Shown piece after piece: positions 48,471 to 60,118 of a stretch of DNA of 64,000 nt. Position numbers and translations under genes: made by a program. Within the stretch, counting starts at the first letter, position 1; each line of letters opens with the position of its first letter. The notes beneath the pieces were generated by a model, which was given only the letters and a program-made list of their open reading frames with translations, was not told the origin of the DNA and did no database searches. This DNA is from Mizuhopecten yessoensis (taxonomy: Eukaryota), in contig NW_018407955.1 in NCBI RefSeq assembly GCF_002113885.1, forward strand, positions 833,649-897,648, given 5' to 3'.

Positions 48471-48620
48471 TTTCAGTCCTCCAGAATGGATGGTATCAGC
48501 ATAGGTATGGCCGGAGGTAGGCAGACGTTGCCACGACGAACACAACATAGGAACGAGGAATTTGAAATTCTTGAATATGCTCATTCACCTTCGATGGAGA
48601 GACGAATAAGGACAGCGTAG
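48471..48620 (+). CDS. Putative terminal exon (49 codons plus TAG stop): SSRMDGISIGMAGGRQTLPRRTQHRNEEFEILEYAHSPSMERRIRTA*
   Basis: Acceptor tattatataatttcag|TCC in phase 0 and an in-frame TAG at 48618-48620. No clear AATAAA signal was seen just downstream, so more 3' exons remain possible. Confidence 0.4.
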   Translation, partial: FQSSRMDGISIGMAGGRQTLPRRTQHRNEEFEILEYAHSPSMERRIRTA

Positions 48621-48639
48621 ATTTGGAATATTACAATAA

Positions 48640-49400
48640 CAGAAGTTACCGATGAGTTACAGAAATTTGGAATACTTAACTGAAAGATGCAAAGACATGG
48701 GTAAATAACTTTTGTGATAAAGAAGTAAAAAAAACTTACCTGTGAGATATTGGGAATTATTACTTGTGAGATACAGAGATTGGGAATACTTACCTGAAAG
48801 ATATAGAGATGTGGAAATCTCATTTGTAAGATACAGAGATTGGGAATACTAATTACCTGAAGGATATAGAGATATGGTAATCTCACTTGTGTGATACAGA
48901 GATTGGGAATACTTACCTGAAAGATTTAGAGATGTGGAAATCTCATTTGTAAGATACAGAGATTGGGAATACTTACCTGAAGGATATAGAGATGTGGAAA
49001 TCTCATTTGTGAGATACAGAGATTGGGAATACTAATTACCTGAAGGATATAGAGATGTGGAAATCTCATTTGTGAGATAGAGATTGGTAATATTTACTTG
49101 TGAAATACAGAGATGAGAACATATTACCTGTGAAATTCAGAGACTTGGAGTACTTATCAGAAATATGAAGATTTGGAAAACTCATCTGTGAGATACAGAG
49201 ATATGGATTTCTAGTAAGATTAGACAGAGATTAGTATTGCTTATTAATGTGAGATGAGAGATTAGGAATGCTTGCTGTGAGATTAGGATTTCTTACTTTT
49301 GAGATTATTTAAACACTTAAAATACTCACCTGCGAAATCATAAATACTGACTTGAAAAACCCAGATTTGGAACATTTCTATGTGAAATACTGATATTCTG
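48640..49400. repeat. Tandem repeat with a unit of about 32 bp (GAGATACAGAGATTGGGAATACTTACCTGAAG) and a 64-bp higher-order alternation (…GATATAGAGATGTGGAAATCTCATTTGT…). It is clear from 48760 to 49110 and degenerate at both ends, and it starts about 20 bp after the putative terminal exon.
   Basis: Read directly. Explains minus-strand ORF 48581-48886. Confidence 0.9.
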
Positions 49401-49589
49401 AATACTCAACTGTGAAAAGCATTAATTACTCAAGTTATGGAGTATCAATCTTAAATAGCAATTAGATGTTCACTGAAGTTTAACTTTAACCTTTTCCGCC
49501 CTCCATAACGGATGCGAATATCATTACACCAGATATCAGCACACAACATACAGTATAAGCAGATGTAGTATTTACATGTGAAGGTGAAA

Positions 49590-49680
49590 CAAAGACTGGG
49601 CGAATATGGGTTTTATCAGCAAAGGGCGAATACTTGATGGGGCAAAAGTTTCCCTGTATACAGTACTCATACTGACTTGT
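49590..49680. repeat. Dispersed repeat of about 70 bp (GGGCGAATATGGGTTTTATCAGCAAAGGGCGAATACTTGATGGGGCAAAAGTTTCCCTGTATACAGTAC), with a second copy at 57395-57470 (GGTCGAAGGGCGAAACTTTGACTGGGCTCAAATTTCACAGTATACAGTATAC).
   Basis: Similarity seen by eye. The family is unknown. Confidence 0.4.
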
Positions 49681-52600
49681 GTTTTGAGCGCATTTTATTT
49701 GAGGAAATCCAAGTTTCCAAAGTACAAACGTTGTAGAGATTTATCTGTTATATGTTCTAATGGTGTGGCGTGATAAATAATTTGTGGATTATATTCCTAT
49801 CCTTATCTCATTACCTGGTAACAAAATCCGTCAAAATATGTGCAGGTTGGTGCAAGAAATCACCTGTTTTATCTATATTTTTATCAAAATCAAATGTTAC
49901 AAGAAAAAAATGTTTTTAAACTTTCCTGACATTAGAAATATTTTTATCTATTTGATTATTTTGATTTATTCTTTGTTGAGTGCATTTTAAATTACCAACT
50001 CGCAAATCTCTGGAAATAGAATATGTTTCTTATTAGTCACCTCTTGTTTGTTTTGTCACGGACTTAGATAATTCCGTGGTTTTGTATTTTTTTTGTTTTG
50101 ATATTTTCTTTTAATGTCTAGATTTTCAATTATTTCCTTATCACTTTTAACATTTTCGTAAAAGGCAACAAGGTGCTATTACAATTTTTATTTAAATATT
50201 AAATATTATCGTTGGGAATTCAAAAATGACTTATTATAGCAATGTCATCACTACTAAGTAGATGGATATGTTTGTGCCAATTTTAAATAAGCAATGTGCA
50301 ATATATACTTAAACATGTACAGTAATATACTGACGTGCGAGATTTGAGAAAAAGACAGTATTTGAAGGGAGATAACTCAAACAGAATATTTGAAGGGAGA
50401 TAACTCCAACATATTTCATTTCTTGGCAAGAGAAAACCATGACTTTGATGTTAGGTAAAACCTAAATTTATTAGTTGCATATAATTAGAACCACATTCTT
50501 TTTTAGGTATAAGTTAACTTTACATCTTGGGACATTACTGCGAAGGAAAAATAGGAAATAAACATGATAATTTGATGAAAATTTGTAGTAAAACAGAAAA
50601 TTTGTGTGATTTAGCCTGGAACCTCAAATGTGAATTTTAAAGTAGATACCGTAGCTATCCAAACTGAACTGGAGACATACAAATGGTTGAACAAGCAGTC
50701 GTCAAGAAAACCTGGTCACACAGTGTTATTTTCTCAGGATACAGCGGAGGTTTAAGTAATTAAAATTTGGATAATTGGTATTATACTAAATGTAGATCCT
50801 TAAAAGGTCCAATGGTCTAAATACAACAGCTATATTTTCTATCAATAATTGGTCTCAAAAGGTTTAGATGCAGATTTTTCTGCCAACAATTTTTTCTCAC
50901 CTGTGAAATTTGTGGATTTATGCCAGTATGATAGCCAGAGGGAAGTTTGTGATCCAGTGAGTGTACCATATTATCATAATGTATTTATTACAAGGAGTGG
51001 AACAAATTATGTTTTAGTGATGCATATCTTTCCTGTATATATCATTAGTGTGTTGACATTTAATTACAATAGATGTTTGTATGTATAGATATGTGTACAA
51101 TATTAAACAAAACACTTTTGTCAGATATTTATGAAAGTGTGGTAAAATTGTGTGGTGTGTGATCTTACTTCGTTTAAAAATAATATATATAGACATATAT
51201 ATATATCTATTAAAATATACTTGACTGTTGACCTTTGACCTTAAGCTGGCCTCAAAGTCAAGGGTCATAAATGTAGAGTGTTCAATGTTTGTGCTATGAT
51301 CAGACCAAACACATTTTATAAAGGTGAAGGCAACTGTGATCTCAACTATGCATAGTTTCCATATTTGACGTAATAACTGCACCTTCTCTGATAGGGGCAT
51401 TCCCTGCATTTTTAGTGGAGTAATACCCCTTTTATTGTGTAGTAAATGTTTGAGGGAATACTCATTATTATGTATTGGTGTTTGGCACCTTTATTACATC
51501 AAACATGGTATCTAATGTTGAGATACATGTATATGGATTATCTCCCCTTACCTTTTTGAATGCATGCTAATTTATAATGGTCAGAATATTGTGCCATGAA
51601 TATATTGATTAGAAAATTAATATCAAATAACTATTTAATTCCTTTTTAAAAATGGTTTAACAGTTCAGACTTGTTTTTATGAAAATACCGTTTTTAATTA
51701 CTTTTTGGGGTTTGAATTACAATTGAAATATCTATCTATTCAGAAGAAGAAAAAATAAACTCTTATAATTTTGATCACTTGGATGTCTAGTTCCAAGTTT
51801 GAAACTAGGGGGAGATAAGCCACCAGTAGAAGTAGAAAAATGCACCTGGCAATTTTTTTCTAGTTTCAAACTAGGAGGGGTGTGTGTGTGTGTAATGAAT
51901 CTTTGCAAAAACTTACGATCACAATATGCAATCAGGTGTTTTGTTCCTACTGCCAAACTTGTTTTATTCTGTACACAGTATAAGTCCATATTTATACTAT
52001 ATTTGGTGCTTACTTGAGTCAGGGGCCACAGTTTGGTCCTTTCCTGCACTAGTCCTTTGTAAATGCATTAATCAAAATCAATAGAACCTGCCACCCCCTG
52101 CTAATCCCAGTCCGCCACTCTGCTGATTGAGGTCAAATGAAGCTAGAAGGCGACTGTAATCCTATGAACTTATAAATCTGCCAAAAAAGTATTTAATCTG
52201 TGTCCATATCATTGAAGAAAACTTGTAGTAGATTCATTGTTTTTCCTCACAATATAGAACTGTTGAAGCGGTTTGGTGTTTAGGTATAGAGAACAATGCA
52301 AAAATGACCATTGGTGAAATAGACTGGTGATTTGGTCAGAAAGGTGACATTTGAAGACAGGATTTCTGTGCACACAATCAGCCTTGAATGTCAAAGATAA
52401 TAAAAACCATTTACCTGTATACCTACTCCTGAAGTATCCCGTAATGACTGTTTTTGAGGAAAATGTAGGGCAATGCTTCAATAGGAATGGGAAAATGCAG
52501 TAAGTGATTAGAATATCCCATTGAGTGAGAAACCTCTTCTTTAAGCCAACCCCTTCATCTGTACAATCACTTGTTTCTTTATTTATTTTATCACCTTCAT

Positions 52601-53025
52601 TGTGTGTTACTCTTACTATGTCCATGTAAACATACATCTTGCCTGAAGAAAATTTCATGTAAAATGGAAATATGTATATTTATCACATACATTTGTAATG
52701 TACTGTGTTATCCAGTGAGTATACCCATGTCATATATTTTTGCGTATTAACCCATGTAATTTGACCTATCAGCCCTGTGATTGGTTGTAAGTTTTAATTG
52801 TTTCAACTGTGACGACATGCCTAAAACAAGTACATGACGTCATAGACTTACGTACTGGAGTCAAAATGGCGGCTTTTTACATTTCAAGGTTGCATGAACA
52901 TTGTTGTTTTACACGAATAAATGCCACAAATTTTGATTATGTGATAAAAAGGATCTTACACTCAATTTTATTTCATATGAAATGGAAACTCATATATGAT
53001 CCTATATATATATATATATCTAATT

Positions 53026-53290
53026 TAAGGATCCCTGTCCATCTGCAGGCAAAACACTAGAGAGTTTGACTGTAGCTGTTTGTACTAGAGTGTTCTCCCC
53101 TTAGTTTAAGTCTTGGTATAACTACAGCATGACCAGGCCAGGTATCTTCTATTGACCAGGTGGCTCAATTAATAAGAGCGACACAATAATGATCCGAGGT
53201 CTACGTTTCGAGTCCCCGTCTAGCTCCGTTTAATTTTTACACTGTTGTTGATTTATTTTTATTTATTTCATCTCATCTTTAGTCATTTTT
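53026..53290 (+). mobile_element. TIR/tRNA-like element copy with left TIR (TTAAGGATCCCTGTCCATCTGCAGG), tRNA-like head (GACCAGGTGGCTCAATTAATAAGAGCG…GTTTCGAGTCCCCG) and the characteristic tail (TTTAATTTTTACACTGTTGTTGATTTATTTTTATTTATTTCATC). No right TIR was identified.
   Basis: Similarity to 28193-28420 and 12195-12380. Confidence 0.6.
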
Positions 53291-54374
53291 CATTACAGTC
53301 CTGCAAGGTATCGTTTTCTTTTCAGAAAAGATTAAGTAAAGCTTTGGTTTACTAGTTAAACAAGTTTCCCCAAGTATAGCTAGGTTTTAGCAGTGGTGTG
53401 GGAGGGTCCTTAATTGAAAATTCAGCTTCATCAACAATGATTCATAAAGATGTTATTTACTAATCTCCAGTCTTGATTTGCACACATTTTCCCTTTCGCA
53501 GTCTTTGTTGGTGTAACTTTGCCATCACTCGACAATATGTACTTGTGTGGCATCAGACATAAAGATGGCTGCAAAATATAGATGTGTGGCACACAGGTAT
53601 GAGCCACTTACATGTGTATATTATATATATATGTATATATGTAATGTATGGATATGTATGTGTACTACATACAGGTGTGAACTTCATACAGGTGTGTAAT
53701 AACTGTAAGTCACCTTATAATCGTATGTACCTTCACAAACTATGCCTGTAGGTTTTATTCACGATTGGTTGGAGGTTATTTCAATATTTATAGAAATTAT
53801 CAAATATTTGTGAAAGATTTAAATTTGTGAATAGGTCTCTATGCCAATTAACAGAAAATGAATCTCTCACAAAAATTATTTGATTTACAATGTGTATGTA
53901 CTAAACATGTGTGAATATTGTATGCAGGTATTACATCCAGATGTGTACTATATACAGGTGTGAGAATACATGCGAGTAATGTATGCAGGTGTGTAATGCA
54001 TGCAAGTGTGAACTGTTCTGTCACAGCATTAAACTAAGTGTTTATCAAGCTAGATACCTATTCTCGCCTGTTGTAAATAGAAAGGCCCAGATTAGTCGTC
54101 TGGTGTTCAATTAAATCAGTTTTACCCCAAAAGCTATCTTTGTGTTGTTTTTTCAAGTTCACTGGAATAAAAATAAGTGCATACTTTGTAAGTTTCCACA
54201 TTTTAGAGGGAGACTAAACATTTTCATCCTTTTTTGACATTTGAAATAGCTAAATTTCCTTCCATTTGCTTTATACTCACTTTTATCTTATTCAAAGAAT
54301 AAATAAATCACATTATGACATTGTTCACTTATTTTGTCAAATTGAATTTACAAAAGTACTTTTTAGAGATTTTT

Positions 54375-54662
54375 AGCTCACCTGCCCTTCCTGGGGGCAG
54401 AGAGATGGGGCCTTATAGGCGAAATAGAGGTAAAATCTATCTACTACCATAGGTATATTGAGGGATATCATCCCAATTTGGTCTCCATCAAGTTGTCTAG
54501 TAGTGCCTGTTACTTTAGGGTGTATTCATTAAAACAAGATGTCCACCTGGCCGTCATCTTGGATTTTGACATTTGATCTCGCTATATCTCCAGGATTACA
54601 GAAGGGATCTTTCTGAAATTTCATATGTACATACAGTACCACATATCCAGGTGAGCGATACA
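54375..54662. mobile_element. AGCTCACCTG-terminated element of about 285 bp (TTTTAGCTCACCTGCCCTTCCTGGGGGCAGAGAGATGGGGCCTTATAGGCGAAATAGAGGTAAAATC…ATCCAGGTGAGCGATAC), with short inverted termini AGCTCACCTG / CAGGTGAGC. Related copies are at 42786-42890 (continuing into the 150-bp tandem array) and 36940-37100 (partial). A solo 32-bp hairpin is at 2640-2671 (AGCTCACCTGGTCTGAAGGAACAAGGTGAGCT).
   Basis: Shared internal motif CCCCTGGGAGCAGAGGGGTGGGGCCCAATAGGGGAAATAGAGGTAAAACC and shared inverted termini. Confidence 0.55.
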
Positions 54663-55554
54663 GGCCCTCTGGGCCCCTTGTTCACATTTCTCCCTGAAAA
54701 AAAAAAGCTTGTCATGTATGAGCTACAGACCCTGTGCGACTCTTATTCTCCATTCAATACCTTGCAAAGGAGAAGAAAAAAACTTGCATTTAAAACCTTG
54801 TGGATTTAGTATTTTAATCATGATCTTAATGATCAATGACATCCTACCTAAATTTGTGACAACAATCTAAAGGTCTGAAACAAGGCCCAGGTTTGTAAGT
54901 TTAATTGAGAGGCAACGCTCCAATCTACAGGGTTATCAAGATGAAAACATCAGACTTTGAAAATTATGACAACTTTAATTACAGTTAAGTTGGGTGGAAT
55001 ACACAATAAATATCACAAGATATGAATGTCAACATTCAGCACACATACACAGCCTACATATGTAGGGATTAACAGTTGCTGAGGGCTTGCTTATCTGTGG
55101 TACATTGTATAACATAATATGGATGTATAATGAAACCTTACTCCAGAATCTTTGGGGAAAAAAAATCAAAAATCAGAAATTCCTTTCGCAAGTCCAGGGT
55201 CAATATTCATGAAACTGTTCTCGTGCTCAAACAGTTTCTCTGCTCAAAACAACTTTCTTCTAACTTGCTTTAGTCATGTGAAATAATCAAAAATTCAACT
55301 TTAAACTCTGAAAATTGTATTTGGACTAAATCTCCCCCAAATTCTTCTGAACAATTGACAAAAATATGATTTCATTAGAACAAGGAAATCGGCTTGAGCA
55401 CAAAATCTGAGTTTAAGCATGAGAACTTCATCAATAAATGACTTTTAACATAATTATCCCTGCATCTTAGATATCCAAGGTTCATATTAAACAGTAGCAC
55501 ATCTCTTCAGTGAATATGATAATAATTTGAGGTTCTTATATACCTCTTTATAAC

Positions 55555-55870
55555 AACCTAGTTCGTAGGTAGTCTCAAAGCGGTTCACAAATTATTAGCG
55601 TGGTTATAGGGCCTTTGCAACTAGCCAGTACATTTCTCAACTCCCAGAGGAGCTAGCATACAACCGGAGCTGCCATTTCGGCGCTAACAGCTAGCATTCT
55701 ACAATTCTATCACTGCCCAACCACGTACTCATTTACAGCTGAGTAGACTGAAACAAGTTGAGTTAAGTATCTTGCTTAAAGATACAACACAGTGCTGTGC
55801 CGTGACTCTAACCCGCAACCCTTCAGTCACGAGCCCGGCGTCCTACCACCAGACTACCATGCCTCCAAAT
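55555..55870 (-). mobile_element. tRNA-derived SINE, about 315 bp on the minus strand (element 5' end at 55870: GGAGGCATGGTAGTCTGGTGGTAGGACGCCGGGCTCGTGACTGAAGGGTTGCGGGTTAGAGTCACGGCACAGCACTG… TGTAAATGAGTACGTGG… TTGTGAACCGCTTTGAGACTACC).
   Basis: tRNA-like head with B-box-like GGGTTAGAGTC, then a conserved-looking body and a tail. It is a single copy in this window. Confidence 0.5.
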
Positions 55871-58800
55871 GTACAACATATTGTAACCTCTAGAACTGCT
55901 ATGAATGAGGTTCTGCAGAGATTTATAAAACAATATTAACCATTAAATTTAAATAGTAAAACAGAAGTTTGACCATGAAAAATCTGACCCTGGTAAAATG
56001 CCAGTCAATTTCTTCCGACTTGGTTAGGGAGAATTTCTCTTTAGCTCATTCAGTAGATCGTCAGACAGGTAAGTCAGACAGCCAGGATTTGATCCCAAGC
56101 AGAATCATTGAAAAAATAATGACCTAATGAAAATTGTTTTTCAAATTGATTCAAACATTGGAAGAACACAATAACGGTTTCATTTCTGGTAGCAACTATG
56201 TCTTATTGTTTTACATTTTGAATTCATAACTTTTATACAAAAACTCGTCTCTTCTGCCACAGAACAACAAACTACACAGGTATACAATAGTTTAAAAGCA
56301 TATGTACGGGATTGCAAAAATAAACCTTAATTAAATATACTTGTTATCAAATAGCATTTTTTCAATTATCTGGACTCTTTGAACCACATATCTTCAGCTT
56401 ACTTACACAGGTAAGATTTTATTAAATGATAATCATAAATCATTAAAACCCAAAACAAATTTTACATATCCTGAAATACAAAATGTTCACCTTCAGATAT
56501 TAAACATAAAACCATTCACATTTTTACAACACAAAAAAATCAAGAAAATTGAATTTTTAAGATTTCATTTAGCTATTAGGGAAACATTATACAAACTTGA
56601 GCCTTATAACACAACTCTCTGAATCATTTTACAAACTTACAGGAGTAATCAACAGAATAATGATGCTCAAGATGATGCATTCTCCGACATATACCCTGGC
56701 TACAGTAAGTCTTAAAATGGATATTTAGGATACTGGTAATAAATTGTCTGGAGGGGTACCCTGACTGCTGTCGAACTTTGCTGGCTCCGAAACAGTTACT
56801 CACTACCATACATTGTTGGACAGTGTACCCTGACATACTGTGTGACCTCATGAGTCTATAGAAACTGGGTTTTTTTAAGACAATAATCTAACAGTGTACC
56901 CTGACTGTCATGGAACCTTGTCGGGTGAGAAAATATTTAAGACCACACATCACTTCATAGTTTATCTGACTTCTGTGGCCCCTTGCGTGTCTAAAAACTG
57001 TCGCGACAATACATCGTCTGACGGTATAACTCACTACTGAAGAAACTTGCTAGTCTAGAACTTTTTCTGTGGAGTCTTGCTAGGATAGAAATTGTAATCA
57101 GATTATCGCATTAATGAGGTCTCGCTACTGTATAGTTACTAATATTCACTACGGTTTTAATTTCGCTTATTTTGCGAATGCAGCAAAATTTGTGAAATTT
57201 TTAGATTGCGGTCAGAACATCCAGATAGAAAATGTGATCATATTATCACATTAACAAGGTCCCCCACTAGTACCAACCGTATACTGGGAAAGTTTTCAAT
57301 GCAATTTTATTTTTTTCGCCTTTGCGCCCTCTGTGATGAGGGTGAATGCAAGTAAAAAGCATAATAAACATCATAATTAAATGTGATGGACAAAAATTGA
57401 TTTCATGGTCGAAGGGCGAAACTTTGACTGGGCTCAAATTTCACAGTATACAGTATACATACGGGGGGTGGGGGTTATAAAATCTGTATACTGACAAATA
57501 TCCAAATACTTGTTGACCAGGTGAGAAACCATGCCTGTACTTGTTTACATCAGCCCCACTCAATGTTACAGGTACATGTAATACTTACGTACTGACAAAC
57601 AATAATGATCGTTAACTATGTACATCATTAAAACTCCTTATAAAGGCAAAATAACGGTCAGGTTTTCCGCTCACAATCAAATATAATACATTGTAAAAAA
57701 AATCATCAATAAGCTAAGACCCAGATGTATTGTCAGTGATACAGTGATATTACCAGATCAAATATACCTGAACAACAAACAATACTTAACTTACACATTG
57801 CAGGGGATTACTTTTTATGTCATTTAATGGCAAGGAATTCCATTCCCAAAATTCAACATAAAAGTAAAGCTTATTATAAGAATTTAAATTGAAGGCAAAA
57901 TCTGCAAATTACATAATTTTTCAAACATCAGTTGAGAAGCGATAGGCTTCATGACAATGATTATTCATTAATATAATGGTAATATTTATAAATCTACACA
58001 ACATTTGCATCGCTTCCATTTATAAACTTTCGTATGGTTGGACCAGTATATGAATAATAGACAGACCTAGTTATCTGATTTTGCTTCCTGGCGGGACCTG
58101 ACAGAGATAATCAGGGCCTACATTAACATGTGTCGATTCTATACTCTGTAAATATTACGTTAAAAAGTAAACAAACTGGTTTGTCTGGGACCAGGCCCAC
58201 CCATAGGCTGTTGATGTACGGACTTACACCAGTTTAAACATTTGTGGCTCACCATATGTTATTAGTTTTACCAGAGTCAATTTGTTTCTATACTTTTTCT
58301 GAGTCACCATCATGTATTAATACTTTGACTCAAGTCAAGTTTACTCTTTATTTTACCTGAGCCACTGTCATGTCTTGACTGAGTCAAACTTGCTTTGTAC
58401 TTCACCTAACAAATAGAATCAAGTACTACTTCAACAAAGTCGCCCTATTTTTAAATACATTTTGTATCTGGTTATAAAAAAAATCAAACAATTATTTTAC
58501 CCTCAAATATTCAACAACATGACTTCAACAAAAATTGACTTTGTTCCAAATTAATTTCGTCAATTGATCTAACAAATTTACAACAACCAAAAATTAAGAT
58601 ATTGTGACAATTTGAAGGTTTTCAAAAAACGCCAAGGCTAAACCTTATTATGATGGACAATTCAACCAAAACTTGTATCCAGCTACAAGTCTCTGATAAG
58701 CATATAAGACAAATTTCATTATTCCTCATAAATGGGACTCAAATATCAGAGTAATCTAATGTAGAAACTAGAAAAGAAAAAAAAATCAAAACATACAAAT

Positions 58801-58991
58801 GTTCCAACTCCCGCTTTAGCATGAAGCAGACAATATAGGTCACAGTGACCTACATTTGATATATAGAGGTTCCCCGAGGAGTGGTGGTAGGTTATCATGT
58901 TTATCCAACTTGAATTAGTCAATTTAAAGTTTGTATAAAGACACCACATTTACCAAGTGTCTTTGACAATTTTAAAATTAACTAATGAAAG

Positions 58992-59082
58992 TTAACTCAT
59001 TTACCCCTGAAAACACATTTAAAATCTTCCAATTCTACTGTTAGAATAGTTCATTATAAACTTTCAGGGGTGAATGAGTTAA
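58992..59082. mobile_element. Palindromic MITE copy (GTTAACTCATTTACCCCTGAAAACACATTTAAAATCTTCCAATTCTACTGTTAGAATAGTTCATTATAAACTTTCAGGGGTGAATGAGTTAAAAG).
   Basis: Family termini. Confidence 0.8.
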
Positions 59083-59854
59083 AAGATTCAATTATTTCTC
59101 AGGGTTATAAACTCTGTGCTTTTGGCATTTCTGTACAGACACAGGACCCTGTGTTCTGAGGGGAGGTGCTCTGATATTAAACCTATCATTACTTTAAAAT
59201 TGTTTTCTAGTAAAATGCATCACGATGCCAATTCCTATGTACCTTACAAGCTAAATCGAGATTCCTAAAGCATACAAATAATATACAAAAAAACACTCAT
59301 CTCCAACATTTCCGAGGTCGATAAAAACATTGTCTTCACAGCTTGACCAACTGCAGCAGGAACAATACGTATTGAAACATTTCAAGTCAGTTAAAATTGT
59401 AAAAATAGCCCTAGGATAAAATAAGACATCATTGTAGGAAGTCCATGACCTCGGCTAGCTCCCTCTGTCGTGCCTGTTTGTGAGCCCAGCGTGCTTCGGC
59501 AAGTTGCGGAGATATTCGCCATTTCTCATGGAATATCTGTTTACCACAATCCGGACATTTTTTACCATCTGTTGTAATAAAATAACAAGAATTAATACAA
59601 ATATATTGACACTTTTCCTTGATCAATACCATATTTTTTAAGCACTGCAGTTTCATCTTTGGCCATAGGTGACATTTTAATATTGGGTAAGAGAGATTAA
59701 GAATATTGTTAAAAAATCTCAAAACAAGAATTCCACAGAAGTGAATGTGTCGTCTGCCCCCAATGGCAACCATGTTAATTTTCAGATTTGGGTCATAATC
59801 AAACATGAGCGGGTAATTGATACATGTGTAAAAAGTTTCATGAAAATCAAATAT

Positions 59855-60118
59855 TCCTTCAAGGGTTTTTGCACAGTATTCCTTCAAGGATTATTACACA
59901 CATTTCCTTCACAGATTATTGCACAGAATTCCTTCAAGGATTATTGCACAGAATTCCTTCAAGGATTATTACACACAATTCTTTCAAGGATTATTGCACA
60001 GAATTCCTTCAAGGATTATAACACACAATTCTTTCAAAGATTATTTCACAGAATTCCTTCAAGGATTATTTCACAGAATTCCTTCAAGGATTATTGCACA
60101 TAATTCCTTCAATGCGTA
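59855..60118. repeat. Tandem repeat with a 25-bp unit CCTTCAAGGATTATTGCACAGAATT, about 10 copies.
   Basis: Read directly. Because 25 is not a multiple of 3 all three plus-strand frames stay open, producing the overlapping ORFs 59741-60103, 59824-60021 and 59919-60119. Confidence 0.95.
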
